Shown here: positions 39,688-50,242 of the stretch, one piece after another
Layout of the letters: the number at the start of each line of letters is the position of its first letter
Position numbering within the stretch: position 1 is the first letter of the stretch
Origin: Porticoccaceae bacterium
GTDB lineage: Bacteria; Pseudomonadota; Gammaproteobacteria; Pseudomonadales; Porticoccaceae
Length of the DNA stretch: 64,000 bases
Direction of reading: 5' to 3'
Assembly (NCBI GenBank): GCA_041655035.1
Contig: JBAZCN010000002.1
Coordinates: forward strand, 2,577 to 66,576
Notes under the pieces: generated by a model
What the model was told of the DNA's origin: nothing
Seen by the model: only the letters and a program-made list of their open reading frames with translations
Databases searched by the model: none
Position numbers and translations under genes: made by a program

Positions 39688-41604
39688 TTGACTGACAAAG
39701 ACGAGCGCACCTGGACACCGGATGACGCCGCCAGGCAATACGGTATCCGCGAATGGGGATCGGGATTGTTCGATGTCTCCGATCGCGGCGAAGTGACCGT
39801 CACCGTCAACGGCGGTGCCAGCAAGCACAGTGTGTCCCTGCTCGATATCGTCGAGGCGCTGCGCCAGCGCGAGTTGACCATGCCGGTGCTGCTGCGGGTC
39901 GAAAATCATCTCGACACCGCCATTACCCAGATCAACGAGGCTTTCGCCCAGGCCATCCGCAGCACCGGCTACGGCAACGTCTATCGCGGCGTGTTCCCGA
40001 TCAAGGTCAACCAGCAAAGCCATATCATCGAGGAGATCGCCCGTTTCGGCGAGCGCTACCACCACGGGCTTGAAGCCGGCAGCAAGGCTGAGTTGCTGGT
40101 GGCGATGGCCATGCTCCGCGACCGCGACAGCCTGATCGTCTGCAACGGCTACAAGGACGAGGAATTCGTCGAGCTCGGCCTGCGCGCCTGCCAACTGGGC
40201 ATGCCCTGTATCTTCGTGGTCGAAACGCCGGAAGAAATGTCGCTGATCATCGAGCGCAGCCGCAAGCTCGGTGTCGAGCCGATGATCGGCGCCCGGCTCA
40301 AGCTCGGCACCAAGGTCGATGGCCACTGGAGCGAGGACAGTGGCGACAGGAGCCTGTTCGGCCTCAACACCCAGCAACTGATCGAAGCGGTGGACCTGCT
40401 CAAGGCCGCCGGCATGCTCCACTGCCTGCGCCTGGTGCACTTCCACCTGGGGTCGCAGATCCCCAACATCCAGAACATCCGCGCCGGCATCCGCGAAGCC
40501 TGCCGCTACTATATCGACCTGGTCGAAGAGGGTGCCCCCCTGGGCTACCTGGATATCGGCGGCGGCCTCGCCGTGGACTACGACGGCTCAAGTGGTGGCA
40601 GTCAACAGAGCCGCAATTACAGCCTGCAGGAATACTGCGTCGACGTGGTGGAAGCCATCCAGGAATCACTCGATCCCGAGCAGATTCCCCACCCCATCAT
40701 CGTCAGCGAATCCGGTCGCGCCACCGTGGCCTATACCTCGGTGCTGCTGTTCAACATTCTCACCGTCAGCAAGTTCGAGCCGGGCCCGCTGCCGGAGGCG
40801 CCGCCGGAGGACGCCCCGGACGAAGTGAGGAATCTCGCCGCCCTGGTCGGCAGCCTTTCGGCCAGGAATATCCAGGAATGCTACAACGATGCGGTGTACT
40901 ACCTGGAGTCTCTGCGCATGCAGTTCAAGCGCGGCGAGATCCGCCTGCGGATGCGCTCCATCGGTGAAAACTATTACCTGGCGGTGCTGCAGAAGATCGC
41001 CCGCCTGCTGCCCGAGCTCGACCGGGTGCCGATGGTGCTGGAAAACCTCACCGAGCAGCTGGCCGACATCTACTACGGCAATTTCAGCGTGTTCCAGTCG
41101 CTGCCGGATTTCTGGGCCATTGGCCAGACTTTCCCGGTGATGCCCATCCATCGTCTCGACGAGGAGCCGACCCGGGAGGCCATCATCGCCGACCTCACCT
41201 GTGACTGCGACGGCAAGATCGACCGCTTCGCGCACCCCGAGGGCGAAAAGCCCACCCTGCGGTTGCACCCGGTCTCGGTCGACAACGAATACTACCTGGC
41301 GGTATTCCTGGTGGGCGCCTACCAGGAGACGCTCGGCGATCTCCACAACCTGTTCGGCGACACCAACGTTGCCAGTGTCCGGATCAGCGGCGACGGCAGT
41401 TTCGACGTCGTCCACGAGATGCAGGGCGATACCATCGCCGACGTGCTCAGCTACGTCGAGTACGAGCCGGACAACCTGTTCCGCCGTTTCCGCAACACCG
41501 CCGAGAAGGCCGTGCGCGAAGGGCGCATCTCGGTGGCGGAACGCCAGCAGATGCTGGGGGCTTTCTCCGAGAGCCTGCGCGGTTACACCTATTTCGAGCG
41601 TTGA
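39688..41604 (+). CDS. speA: Biosynthetic arginine decarboxylase
   Basis: TTG start. YGIREWGSGLF N-terminus, PLP-Lys FPIKVNQQ. 638 aa. Confidence 0.9.
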   Translation: MTDKDERTWTPDDAARQYGIREWGSGLFDVSDRGEVTVTVNGGASKHSVSLLDIVEALRQRELTMPVLLRVENHLDTAITQINEAFAQAIRSTGYGNVYRGVFPIKVNQQSHIIEEIARFGERYHHGLEAGSKAELLVAMAMLRDRDSLIVCNGYKDEEFVELGLRACQLGMPCIFVVETPEEMSLIIERSRKLGVEPMIGARLKLGTKVDGHWSEDSGDRSLFGLNTQQLIEAVDLLKAAGMLHCLRLVHFHLGSQIPNIQNIRAGIREACRYYIDLVEEGAPLGYLDIGGGLAVDYDGSSGGSQQSRNYSLQEYCVDVVEAIQESLDPEQIPHPIIVSESGRATVAYTSVLLFNILTVSKFEPGPLPEAPPEDAPDEVRNLAALVGSLSARNIQECYNDAVYYLESLRMQFKRGEIRLRMRSIGENYYLAVLQKIARLLPELDRVPMVLENLTEQLADIYYGNFSVFQSLPDFWAIGQTFPVMPIHRLDEEPTREAIIADLTCDCDGKIDRFAHPEGEKPTLRLHPVSVDNEYYLAVFLVGAYQETLGDLHNLFGDTNVASVRISGDGSFDVVHEMQGDTIADVLSYVEYEPDNLFRRFRNTAEKAVREGRISVAERQQMLGAFSESLRGYTYFER

Positions 41605-41716
41605 CTACAGTGTTGGCCGCGCTTCTTTCCCGGCGCAGCCAATGTGAACAGGCCCCGAGAGCGATAGGGTGTGCCGACGAAAGAGGTGCACCGCTGACCC
41701 AAGAAGGAGTGAAACC

Positions 41717-42916
41717 ATGGCAAAAGTCATCATCATTGGCGCCGGCGGTGTCGGCGGCGTCGTCGCCCATAAATGCGCGCAGCTGCCCGCGGTGTTCAGC
41801 GATATCCTGCTGGCCAGCCGCAGCGAGGACAAGTGTGTCGCCATCGCCGCGGATATCGAGAGGATGCAGGGCCGCGTCATCCGCACTGCGCAGGTGGATG
41901 CCGACAATGTGCCGGAGCTCACCGCGCTGCTCGAGGCCGAAAGGCCCGATCTGGTGATCAACGTCGCGTTGCCCTACCAGGACCTGCACATCATGGATGC
42001 CTGTCTCGCCGCCGGTGTCGACTACCTCGACACCGCCAACTACGAACCGCTGGATACCGCCAAGTTCGAGTACAAATGGCAGTGGGCCTATCGCGAGAAG
42101 TTCGAGCGGGCCGGCCTGATGGCACTGCTCGGCTCCGGCTTCGACCCCGGCGCCACCAACGTCTTCACCGCCTGGATCGCCAAGCACCATTTCGACGAGA
42201 TCCACACCCTGGACATCATCGACGTCAACGGCGGCAACCACGGCTACCCCTTCGCCACCAACTTCAATCCGGAAATCAACATCCGCGAAGTCACCGCCGA
42301 ATGCCGCCACTTCGAAAACGGCGAATTCGTCGCCACTCCCGCGATGTCGGAAAAAATGGAATTTACCTGTCCGGAAGGCGTCGGCACCTACAACATCTAC
42401 CGCATGTACCACGAAGAGCTGGAATCCCTGGTGGTGAATTTCCCCACCTTGAAAAAGGCCCAGTTCTGGATGAGCTTTGGCGACAGCTACCTCAAGCACC
42501 TCGAAGTGCTTGGCAATGTCGGCATGACCGGTATCGAACCGGTGGAATTCCAGGGCCAGCAGATCGTGCCGATCCAGTTCCTCAAGGCTCTGCTCCCCGA
42601 TCCCGCCAGCCTCGGCCCACGCACCGTGGGCAAGACCTGCATCGGCTGCGTGGTCACCGGCATCAAGGACGGTGTGGAAAAAACCGTGTATGTCTACCAG
42701 GTGAAAGATCACCAGGACTGCTACAAGGAAGTGCAATCCCAGGCCATTTCCTACACCACCGGCGTGCCGGCGATGATCGGCGCCAAGATGATGCTGGAAG
42801 GCATATGGAAAAAGCCCGGTGTGTGGAACATGGAACAGATGGACCCCGATCCGTTTATGGCAGACCTGAATAAATATGGGCTGCCCTGGACGGTGATCGA
42901 AGACTACAAACTGTAG
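41717..42916 (+). CDS. Carboxynorspermidine dehydrogenase/synthase (saccharopine dehydrogenase family)
   Basis: ATG 41717, MAKVIIIGAGGVGGVVAHKCA Rossmann N-terminus. ~399 aa, next to speA. Confidence 0.75.
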   Translation: MAKVIIIGAGGVGGVVAHKCAQLPAVFSDILLASRSEDKCVAIAADIERMQGRVIRTAQVDADNVPELTALLEAERPDLVINVALPYQDLHIMDACLAAGVDYLDTANYEPLDTAKFEYKWQWAYREKFERAGLMALLGSGFDPGATNVFTAWIAKHHFDEIHTLDIIDVNGGNHGYPFATNFNPEINIREVTAECRHFENGEFVATPAMSEKMEFTCPEGVGTYNIYRMYHEELESLVVNFPTLKKAQFWMSFGDSYLKHLEVLGNVGMTGIEPVEFQGQQIVPIQFLKALLPDPASLGPRTVGKTCIGCVVTGIKDGVEKTVYVYQVKDHQDCYKEVQSQAISYTTGVPAMIGAKMMLEGIWKKPGVWNMEQMDPDPFMADLNKYGLPWTVIEDYKL

Positions 42917-42986
42917 AGAAAATCGCTGCCTGGGAATTTTCTGCGCTATATTTCCTGCACTATGAAGTCGCGCGAGAAAAGGACAG

Positions 42987-43010
42987 AACGCCGGGCTTGC
43001 CCGGCGTTTT
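42987..43010 (+). terminator. Intrinsic terminator
   Basis: AACGCCGGG-CTTG-CCCGGCGTT followed by TT. Confidence 0.65.
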
Positions 43011-43080
43011 GGTGTCCAGTTCAAAACCTTCGGCCTTGTCAATGGTCACAGTCGTAGCGGGCGGCTGAGGAGCGGGTGTC

Positions 43081-43293
43081 ATGAGTCAGAAATTCAAGGT
43101 CAACGATCATGTCAGCTGGAACTCGGAAGCGGGGCGAGTCAGCGGGACCATCATCAAAGTGCATACTTCGGATACGACCTACAAGGGTCACCCGCGCCGG
43201 GCGAGCAAGGACGAGCCCCAGTACGAGATCAAAAGCGACAAGTCCGATCACATCGCCATGCACAGGGAAGAAGCCCTGAGAAAGATCCACTGA
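43081..43293 (+). CDS. DUF2945 (HVA-type Tudor-like) small protein
   Basis: 70 aa. VNDHVSWNSEAGRVSGTIIKVHT...PQYEIKSD pattern. Confidence 0.6.
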   Translation: MSQKFKVNDHVSWNSEAGRVSGTIIKVHTSDTTYKGHPRRASKDEPQYEIKSDKSDHIAMHREEALRKIH

Positions 43294-43295
43294 GC

Positions 43296-43913
43296 ATGGC
43301 CCAGGCCGGCACCATCTGGACGATCGGGCACTCGACGCACTCGATCGAGGCGTTCGTCGCCCTGCTCAAACACTACCAGCTCGAAGCCGTGGCCGACGTC
43401 AGGCGCTTTCCCGGCTCACGGCGCCTGCCGCAGTTCGGCGAAGAGGCACTGCGCTCAGGCCTGCGCAAGCAGGGTATCGATTACCTGCTGATCACCGAAC
43501 TGGGCGGCCGCCGGCGGCCCGCGGTGGACTCGGTCAACACCGCCTGGAACAATCCCTCGTTTCGAGGTTATGCCGACCATGTCGGGAGCGCGGAATTCCG
43601 TATCGGTCTGGAACGCTTGCAAGGGCTGGCTGCACAGCGCAGAACCGCGATGATGTGCGCCGAAATCCTCTGGTGGCGATGCCACCGCTCATTGATCTCC
43701 GATGTGCTGACGGTCAGCGGGATCAAGGTGATACACATTCAAGACGAGAGGCACAGCGAAGAACATCCCTTTACCAGGCCCGCACGACTTTATCGGGGCG
43801 TGCTGACCTACGATGCGACCAAAGGCGAGCCGTTGAATGACAAGGAGCGCCGCCATGGGATCCAGGCCCAACCGGATTTCCGGGCAACACGGTCGGGCGA
43901 CCGCCGTCCTTGA
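43296..43913 (+). CDS. DUF488 family protein
   Basis: IWTIGHST, VADVRRFPGSRR and MCAEILWWRCHR motifs. The start lies 2 nt after the DUF2945 stop. Confidence 0.7.
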   Translation: MAQAGTIWTIGHSTHSIEAFVALLKHYQLEAVADVRRFPGSRRLPQFGEEALRSGLRKQGIDYLLITELGGRRRPAVDSVNTAWNNPSFRGYADHVGSAEFRIGLERLQGLAAQRRTAMMCAEILWWRCHRSLISDVLTVSGIKVIHIQDERHSEEHPFTRPARLYRGVLTYDATKGEPLNDKERRHGIQAQPDFRATRSGDRRP

Positions 43914-44027
43914 CTTTCGTCGGCGGTATCCCCCAGCGCCGGCTCCAGCTTTTCCCCGTAGGCCGATGTTGGCCTCAGGACTCCCCGGCGGCGTTGGCCG
44001 CCGGGGGTGCCGGAAGGGGCGGATCTC

Positions 44028-46577
44028 CTAATGGCCGTTATCCTCGCCAAAGCGGTAGCGCAGTTGCAGGCCATAGGTTCTGGGTTCGTTGTAGGTGCCC
44101 GTCTGTATTCCCAGCGCCGTGATCAAGCTGTTTGAGCCCACCAGCCATTCGTCGTTCAGCGCGTTACGCACGAAGACACTCAAGTCGAGAGGTTTGCCCA
44201 GCACGTTCGCCCAGTCGATGCGCAGGTTGACGTTGTCGTAGCCTGGCTGATAGCCGAACTTGTCGGGGAAGCTGGCCAGGGCGGTGTCATCCAGCCAGAT
44301 GCCGCTTTGACGGTAATACTCGGCATAAAACGACAGTTGGCCAAGGGCCGGATCAAGCGGCGCCAGGTAGCGAAGACCCACGGTGCCCTGGTGTTCAGCG
44401 ACCCCCACATAGGGCGACTTGCTGTTGGCGTAAACTGTGCCGTCGATGGCGGTGGTCGTCCCTGGCCAGCGGGTATTCCTGGCATCCGTCCAGGCATAGT
44501 TGAGCATAACCTGGATATTGCCGTTGAACAGCAACTGGTTTTCCAGTTCGAGGCCGGAAATCTCCGCCTTGGCAATATTGTTGGTCTGGGTCACCACATT
44601 GAAGGGTGGGTTGGGGTTTGGCAAGGTTTCCGAACGCTGGATGTCCTGGTACCAGCTGCGGTAGACCGCCAAGTTAGAGCGCACCATGGTCTGACCCAGT
44701 TGCCAGTCGGCCTTCACGCCAAGTTCGATATCGTCGAGGGTCTCGGGGGCATAGGTCAGCTTGAGTCCCGGGACATCGTTTTCGAACCCGACGGCGCTGG
44801 CGTTGATGCCGCCAGGCTTGAATCCACGCCGGTGGGCGATGTAGATCAGGGTGTCTGGGTTGATTTGGTAGTCCAGGCTCAGTGTCCAGCTGTTGGCGGA
44901 CTCGTCCATTTTCAGTGTGTTTGCCGTCGTGCCGAGAGTGGAGCCTTCAGCACCGTGAATGATGGGCACGGACGTTTGGGTCAGCTCGCTCTTGGTGCGG
45001 CGGTATCCGGCGGTGAGGCTCAGGCCCTCTGCGGCGATAGTGGAAAGATCCAGGGTGATCTGGCCGAAAATGCCCGACTGTTCGTTGCGCGTTTTGCTGT
45101 CCACGGGATTCAGAAATGTCAGGTTGTCCAAGGGAACGGAAAAGGCGTTGTTGAAATTCGGGAAAATGGGCACGCGATCATAGGGTGCCTTCACCCGCTC
45201 AGTGAAGTATCCCAGTATCCAGCTATGGCCACCCTCCATGTCGCCGATAATCTGAAATTCTTCCACCAGGTCGTCGCTGAAAGAGGTGCGGCCAAATTCG
45301 CGGGGACGATAGGGTCGCGATGGGGTCCCCGCCAAGTCATAGCCGGCGGCATAGGTGATGCCATGAGGGTAGCGTGTCGCGCCAAATTCCCTGACGATGT
45401 TGGACACCCGGTTGCGGTTGACGGCAAAAATATTCTTGATGCTGACATCGCCGAACAGAGAGTAATGGCCGATATCCACTGTGGTGATGTTGAAAATCTG
45501 CTGGTTTCGACCTCGGGAATGATTCATCTCGGCAGTGAGGTTGCGGCGCACGGAGCCGCCTCCGGCGACCCGGTCCCGCTCGTCACGCAAGTCCTGCACC
45601 AGGCTGTCGATACGGCCGATACGCTCATCAATACAGGCCTGGCGTGCCATGCCGGCGGGAGCGATGGCGCCGCACAGGCCGGCTGCCGCCTCCCAGCCGG
45701 CCCCTGTGCCGGGGCTGGTATTGAACATTCCCAGGTCGTCGTTGATGGCCATCAGCACGGCGCCGGTCGGGGTTTCGTCTACATTGTTCTGTTGCAGAAG
45801 GGTGTAGCTTTCGAGCCAGTCCGTCGGCGTGAAATTGATACCGAGGCGATAGGATTCCCGCTCTCGGCTGTCCAGCCACTGCCCGGTACTCCGGCTTTGG
45901 GTGAAGCCGTCGCGGCGCTGGATGTTGACGGCCGCCCGGGCGCTCAATACGCCTTCAACCAGCGGTAGATTGGCGACGCCAGTGGTTTCCTGCAAATCGT
46001 AGTTGCCCAGCTTGATGTCCAGGTATCCTCCCGGCTCGTCGCGGGGTTTCTGGGGGGCATACAGGACAGCGCCTCCCGTGCTGCTCCGGCCGAACAGGGT
46101 TCCCTGTGGCCCCTTCAATACCTGCACCGAGGCGAGATCAAAAAACTGCACGGTCGAACCGGCGGCACCGGTGGGCTTCAGCGGCACTTCGTTGAAGTAG
46201 ACCACGACCCCAGCGGGGGTGCCGTAGGAGGCGCCTTGTCCGCGAATGAAATAGTCCGGCTGACCCCGATTCGCCTGGCCCTGGCGAACCACCAGGCCGG
46301 GGACGTGGAACGTCAGGTCGTAAGGGTTTTCGACGTTTTTTTCGCGGATGGCTTCGGAACCCAGGGCGGTAACAGCCACGGGTACCGATTGAATATCTTC
46401 CTCGCGTTTACGGGCGGTCACCACGACCTCTTCCAGGATCATCTGGGAAGTTTCATTGGCCTGGGCGTGTATCGGGGTGGTGACGGATGACACCAGGATC
46501 GTGAAACCGGCGGCCACTGCGGGTGGCAGATGTTTTATCGAAACTTGTATACGTGAGTGCTTTCGGATTGTTTTCAT
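44028..46577 (-). CDS. TonB-dependent receptor
   Basis: ATG 46577 with signal peptide. Plug motifs EEVVVTARKREEDIQSVPVAVTAL and VQVLKGPQGTLFGRSSTGGAVLY. C-terminal barrel ends near LQLRYRF. Confidence 0.85.
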   Translation of the reverse strand: MKTIRKHSRIQVSIKHLPPAVAAGFTILVSSVTTPIHAQANETSQMILEEVVVTARKREEDIQSVPVAVTALGSEAIREKNVENPYDLTFHVPGLVVRQGQANRGQPDYFIRGQGASYGTPAGVVVYFNEVPLKPTGAAGSTVQFFDLASVQVLKGPQGTLFGRSSTGGAVLYAPQKPRDEPGGYLDIKLGNYDLQETTGVANLPLVEGVLSARAAVNIQRRDGFTQSRSTGQWLDSRERESYRLGINFTPTDWLESYTLLQQNNVDETPTGAVLMAINDDLGMFNTSPGTGAGWEAAAGLCGAIAPAGMARQACIDERIGRIDSLVQDLRDERDRVAGGGSVRRNLTAEMNHSRGRNQQIFNITTVDIGHYSLFGDVSIKNIFAVNRNRVSNIVREFGATRYPHGITYAAGYDLAGTPSRPYRPREFGRTSFSDDLVEEFQIIGDMEGGHSWILGYFTERVKAPYDRVPIFPNFNNAFSVPLDNLTFLNPVDSKTRNEQSGIFGQITLDLSTIAAEGLSLTAGYRRTKSELTQTSVPIIHGAEGSTLGTTANTLKMDESANSWTLSLDYQINPDTLIYIAHRRGFKPGGINASAVGFENDVPGLKLTYAPETLDDIELGVKADWQLGQTMVRSNLAVYRSWYQDIQRSETLPNPNPPFNVVTQTNNIAKAEISGLELENQLLFNGNIQVMLNYAWTDARNTRWPGTTTAIDGTVYANSKSPYVGVAEHQGTVGLRYLAPLDPALGQLSFYAEYYRQSGIWLDDTALASFPDKFGYQPGYDNVNLRIDWANVLGKPLDLSVFVRNALNDEWLVGSNSLITALGIQTGTYNEPRTYGLQLRYRFGEDNGH

Positions 46578-46687
46578 GATTATTCCTGCTGCTTCGACGT
46601 GTCGGCCTGTGTCCAATGCCGGACACGGCTATGGGGGCGCGCCGTGGCCGGCGCGCCAAGGTTTATTCCAGTGGGTGGGTGAGGCTG

Positions 46688-48238
46688 CTAGATTGCCAAC
46701 TGAGGGTGGTGGTCCATCCACGGCTGGATCATGGAAAACGCCTGGGCTGCCCGCATGACCTTCACATCGGCAAAACGCGGGCCGATGATCTGCAGGCCGA
46801 CAGGCATGCCATCCACAAAGCCGCAGGGAACGGACGCTGCCGGCAGACCCAGGATATTGGCGAGATAGGTGTAGCAGGTGCTGATATGGTTCGCGTAGTA
46901 AGGGTCGGTGTAGGGCTGATCCCATTCTCCCGCCGGCACCTCGGGGGCGATGATGCCGAGGGTCGGTGTGCAGATCAGATCATGCTCGGCAAAAATACCC
47001 TCTATCCAGCGAAGCACGTCCGCTCGATCCTCAAGCATGCGGATTTCGTCTTCCTTGCCGATGGCGGGGCTGTTCCTTGCGGTTTCGAGCAGTTTCCTGA
47101 GCGGCGGAGTCAGTTGTTCCTGTTCCTCCGGGCTGTAAGCCATAAGGACCTCGCCAACCCGGTTTGAGGATTGATTCACCGTCATGAAGACGCGCCATGC
47201 TTTTTCATCCGGGAGGAGTATGTTGGGAGCATCCACGATGGCGCCGGCTTCCGTAAACCGGGCCGCTGCTTTCTCTACCTTGTCGACTACCCGGGCGTCG
47301 AGAATGGGGATCAGGCCAAAGTCGCGGGTCCAGGCGATGCGATAACCGGCCACACCGTTGTCCAGATCGCCGAGAAAGTCCGGGGCCGGCCTCTCGATGG
47401 AGCTGGGGTCCAGAGGGTGGAATCCAGCCATGACCTGGAGAATCGTGGCGGCATCCCTGACATGTACCGCCACTGGCCCTGTGGAGGTGGTGTTGACGCT
47501 GCGGGGAATTCTCAAAGGGATCAGCCCGGCGCTTGGCTGCATGCCAAAAACCCCGTTATAGCAGGACGGTATGCGTGTCGAACCGCCGCCATCGCTGCCC
47601 ACGCCCATTGCCGAGATCCCGGCGGCGACGGCCGCGCCCGCGCCGCCACTGGAGGCGCCCGAAATACGTTTGATATTCCAGGGGTTGAATGTTTCTCCGG
47701 CCACCGTGTTCTTGGTGCGGGGAAACTTGCCGAATTCAGGGGTATTGGTTTTACCGAGAATGATGGCCCCCGCCTCGCGCAGCCTTTCCACCGATACCTC
47801 ATCGCGGGAGGGAATAAAGTTCCGGTAGATTTCGGAGCCATGTGTACTGCGCAAGCCCTTCGTTTCGGTCAGATCCTTGATGGAGATTGGCAGGCCATGG
47901 AGCGGCCCCAGTGGTTTTCCCTTCATGACGCGGTCTTCCGCGATTCTCGCCTGAGCCATGGCTCCTTCCGGGTCAACGGTGATATAGGAATTGATGATCG
48001 GATCAATCCGTGCGATGCGATCGAGGAAGTAGCGGGTGAGCTCTACCGGTGACAGGGCCTTGCTGGCAATCATGTCACGGAGCTCCCAGCCCGGCGTCCA
48101 GGCGAGATCGGCTGATCTGCTGGTTTTGATCGGGGCCGCCATGGCCCCGGCAGTGTTGGCTGCCAGAAGAGCCGCTGATCCCGCTTTCAGCAGGGTCCTG
48201 CGGGTGATGCCGCCATGTTTATCATCATTATTGTTCAT
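46688..48238 (-). CDS. Amidase-signature family amidase with Tat signal
   Basis: Twin-arginine TRRTLLKAG. AS motif SGASSGGAGAAVAAGISAMGVGSDGGGSTRIPS. Confidence 0.8.
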   Translation of the reverse strand: MNNNDDKHGGITRRTLLKAGSAALLAANTAGAMAAPIKTSRSADLAWTPGWELRDMIASKALSPVELTRYFLDRIARIDPIINSYITVDPEGAMAQARIAEDRVMKGKPLGPLHGLPISIKDLTETKGLRSTHGSEIYRNFIPSRDEVSVERLREAGAIILGKTNTPEFGKFPRTKNTVAGETFNPWNIKRISGASSGGAGAAVAAGISAMGVGSDGGGSTRIPSCYNGVFGMQPSAGLIPLRIPRSVNTTSTGPVAVHVRDAATILQVMAGFHPLDPSSIERPAPDFLGDLDNGVAGYRIAWTRDFGLIPILDARVVDKVEKAAARFTEAGAIVDAPNILLPDEKAWRVFMTVNQSSNRVGEVLMAYSPEEQEQLTPPLRKLLETARNSPAIGKEDEIRMLEDRADVLRWIEGIFAEHDLICTPTLGIIAPEVPAGEWDQPYTDPYYANHISTCYTYLANILGLPAASVPCGFVDGMPVGLQIIGPRFADVKVMRAAQAFSMIQPWMDHHPQLAI

Positions 48239-48521
48239 CGTGGTTCCTCATACTGAATGGAGATTGGGGTGACGGTTGGTTTTTATCGCCTGATATGCAC
48301 TGGTCATCCTGGCTGGCACCCCATGCTGTAGCGGTGTGGCTATAATATGACCAGATACCGAACCGTTTCGTGTCTTACTTGCTCCGGGCAGTGGTGTCAA
48401 CGGAGCAGTGCGGCCTCCACAAGCGTGGCCTTGACGTCTCGTGAGTGAGATGCTTCGGATGCAATAAAGTGAGGAGCTGGTTACAGTACACGGATTGTTT
48501 ATGCCGATCGCAGGGTATCCC

Positions 48522-49139
48522 ATGAATAGGAAAACCAAATCGCCCAAGGAGCTATCGCAGGAAAGACTCGGTGTTTTGTTGGCTGTGGCGGCCAATGAAT
48601 TCCTGGACAAGGGATACAGCGGTTGCTCGATCGATCACATTTCGCGGGAGTCCGGTGTTAGCAAAAGCACCATTTATCGCCACTTTTCGGGTAAGGAGGA
48701 ACTGTTCGAGGCGGTCCATGAGCAGATCGCCGATGAGCATTCGGCCCTGATCGGCGCCTTTGCCATGGATACCGAGAAGCCGGCTGAGACCCTGAAAAAA
48801 CTTGCCCGCCATATTCGCAGCAGCTGTGTCATACCCCGTTATCTGGAATTCTTCCGGCTTCTGATCGCCGAGTCGGGACGGTTGCCCGAGATGACGGAGC
48901 GACTCAGATCCCGGGGCTTTTCCACAGCGCTTGGCGATATCACCACCTATTTTGAAGAACTCATTGCCGAGGGGCGAATGGAACATCCGGATCCACGCCA
49001 GGCAGCGTTGATGTTCTACGCTCTGGCAAGGGGCAATTTTCGTCCGTTTCTTGAGAAGGACAAGGATCTCGATCAGGAGCTCCGGCGAATCGATATGGAT
49101 GTGGATGTATTCCTCAGGGGATGCCATATTCAGCCCTGA
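48522..49139 (+). CDS. TetR-family transcriptional regulator
   Basis: HTH GCSIDHISRESGVSKSTIYRHF. Start uncertain (48495 or 48522). Confidence 0.8.
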   Translation: MNRKTKSPKELSQERLGVLLAVAANEFLDKGYSGCSIDHISRESGVSKSTIYRHFSGKEELFEAVHEQIADEHSALIGAFAMDTEKPAETLKKLARHIRSSCVIPRYLEFFRLLIAESGRLPEMTERLRSRGFSTALGDITTYFEELIAEGRMEHPDPRQAALMFYALARGNFRPFLEKDKDLDQELRRIDMDVDVFLRGCHIQP

Positions 49140-49270
49140 ACAGCCTCCGGTGAACAGCCCTCCGGTTGCCAACACATCCCGCCCGGTTTATTGTCGAGCC
49201 CCTGTCAGGTCGCTATCGCCTTGCCTCCGGTGCGGGTGGTTATCCCCGCCAAAACTAAGGACCACTGCCC

Positions 49271-50242
49271 ATGAAAAACCGTCTCGCCGGTCTAGTTGTG
49301 CTCATTGGCCTGTGCCTGGCGTTGGCCGGCTGTGACAACAACCCGACCGATGTGCCGACGGTGGGTTTCGTCGACGCCTTCGAAGACAGCACCATCGGCC
49401 AGGCTCGGGAGGGCTTTCTGGAGGCCCTGCGGGAAGCTGGCCTGTCGGAGCAGGACGGCACCCTGAAACTGATCTACCGCAACGCCCAGGGCGACATCCC
49501 CACGCTGACCCAGATCGTTCGCTATCTGATTGCCGAGAAGGTCTCGCTGCTGGCCACCAGCCCGTCGCTCTCCACCATCACCGCCATCCAGAACACCCGC
49601 GACGTGCCGGTGTTCATGATGGTTGCGCCGACACCCGAGCTGATGCAGGTGCGCGACGCCGAGGGCAGGGATCCGCCCAACCTGTTCGGGGTCGGCGAGG
49701 ACCTGGCGTACATCGACACCTCGTTCGCGATGATCCCGCAACTGGTGCGCCCACGGGGAGAGAGGCTGCGCGTCGGCCTGCTCTACAATCAGTCGGAGCC
49801 GCAGTCCGTGTTCGCCTACGAGCGCCTGTCGGCGCTCGCCGGGAGTCTCGGTATCACCTTGGTGGCCAGGCCGGTGAACACCACCGCCGACGTCCATCTG
49901 GTAACCGGTGCGCTGCTCAACGAACGGATCGACGCCTTCTTCGCCAATCCCGACAACACCGTGTTCGGCGCCTTCGAAACCATCCTCAAATCCTGCAACG
50001 CCGCGGGAGTGCCGATTTTCACCAGCGAGGCGGGACTGGTGGCGCGCGGTGCGGTCGCCGCCTATGGCGCCGACATCTACCAGTGGGGCTACCAGGCCGG
50101 GCAGCAGGCGGCGCGATTCATCCGCGACGGCTCCGAGGGCCTCGGCTGGGAGATGGTCCGGTTGCGCCGCCAGGTCTACAACCCCGAGGTCGCGGAGCGC
50201 TTTGGCCTGGTCATTCCGGATGGTTTCGAGCCCATTCACTGA
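49271..50242 (+). CDS. ABC transporter substrate-binding lipoprotein (PF04392-like)
   Basis: Lipobox LALAGC. GVPIFTSEAGLVARGAVAAYGADIYQWGYQAGQQAARFI. Confidence 0.75.
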   Translation: MKNRLAGLVVLIGLCLALAGCDNNPTDVPTVGFVDAFEDSTIGQAREGFLEALREAGLSEQDGTLKLIYRNAQGDIPTLTQIVRYLIAEKVSLLATSPSLSTITAIQNTRDVPVFMMVAPTPELMQVRDAEGRDPPNLFGVGEDLAYIDTSFAMIPQLVRPRGERLRVGLLYNQSEPQSVFAYERLSALAGSLGITLVARPVNTTADVHLVTGALLNERIDAFFANPDNTVFGAFETILKSCNAAGVPIFTSEAGLVARGAVAAYGADIYQWGYQAGQQAARFIRDGSEGLGWEMVRLRRQVYNPEVAERFGLVIPDGFEPIH

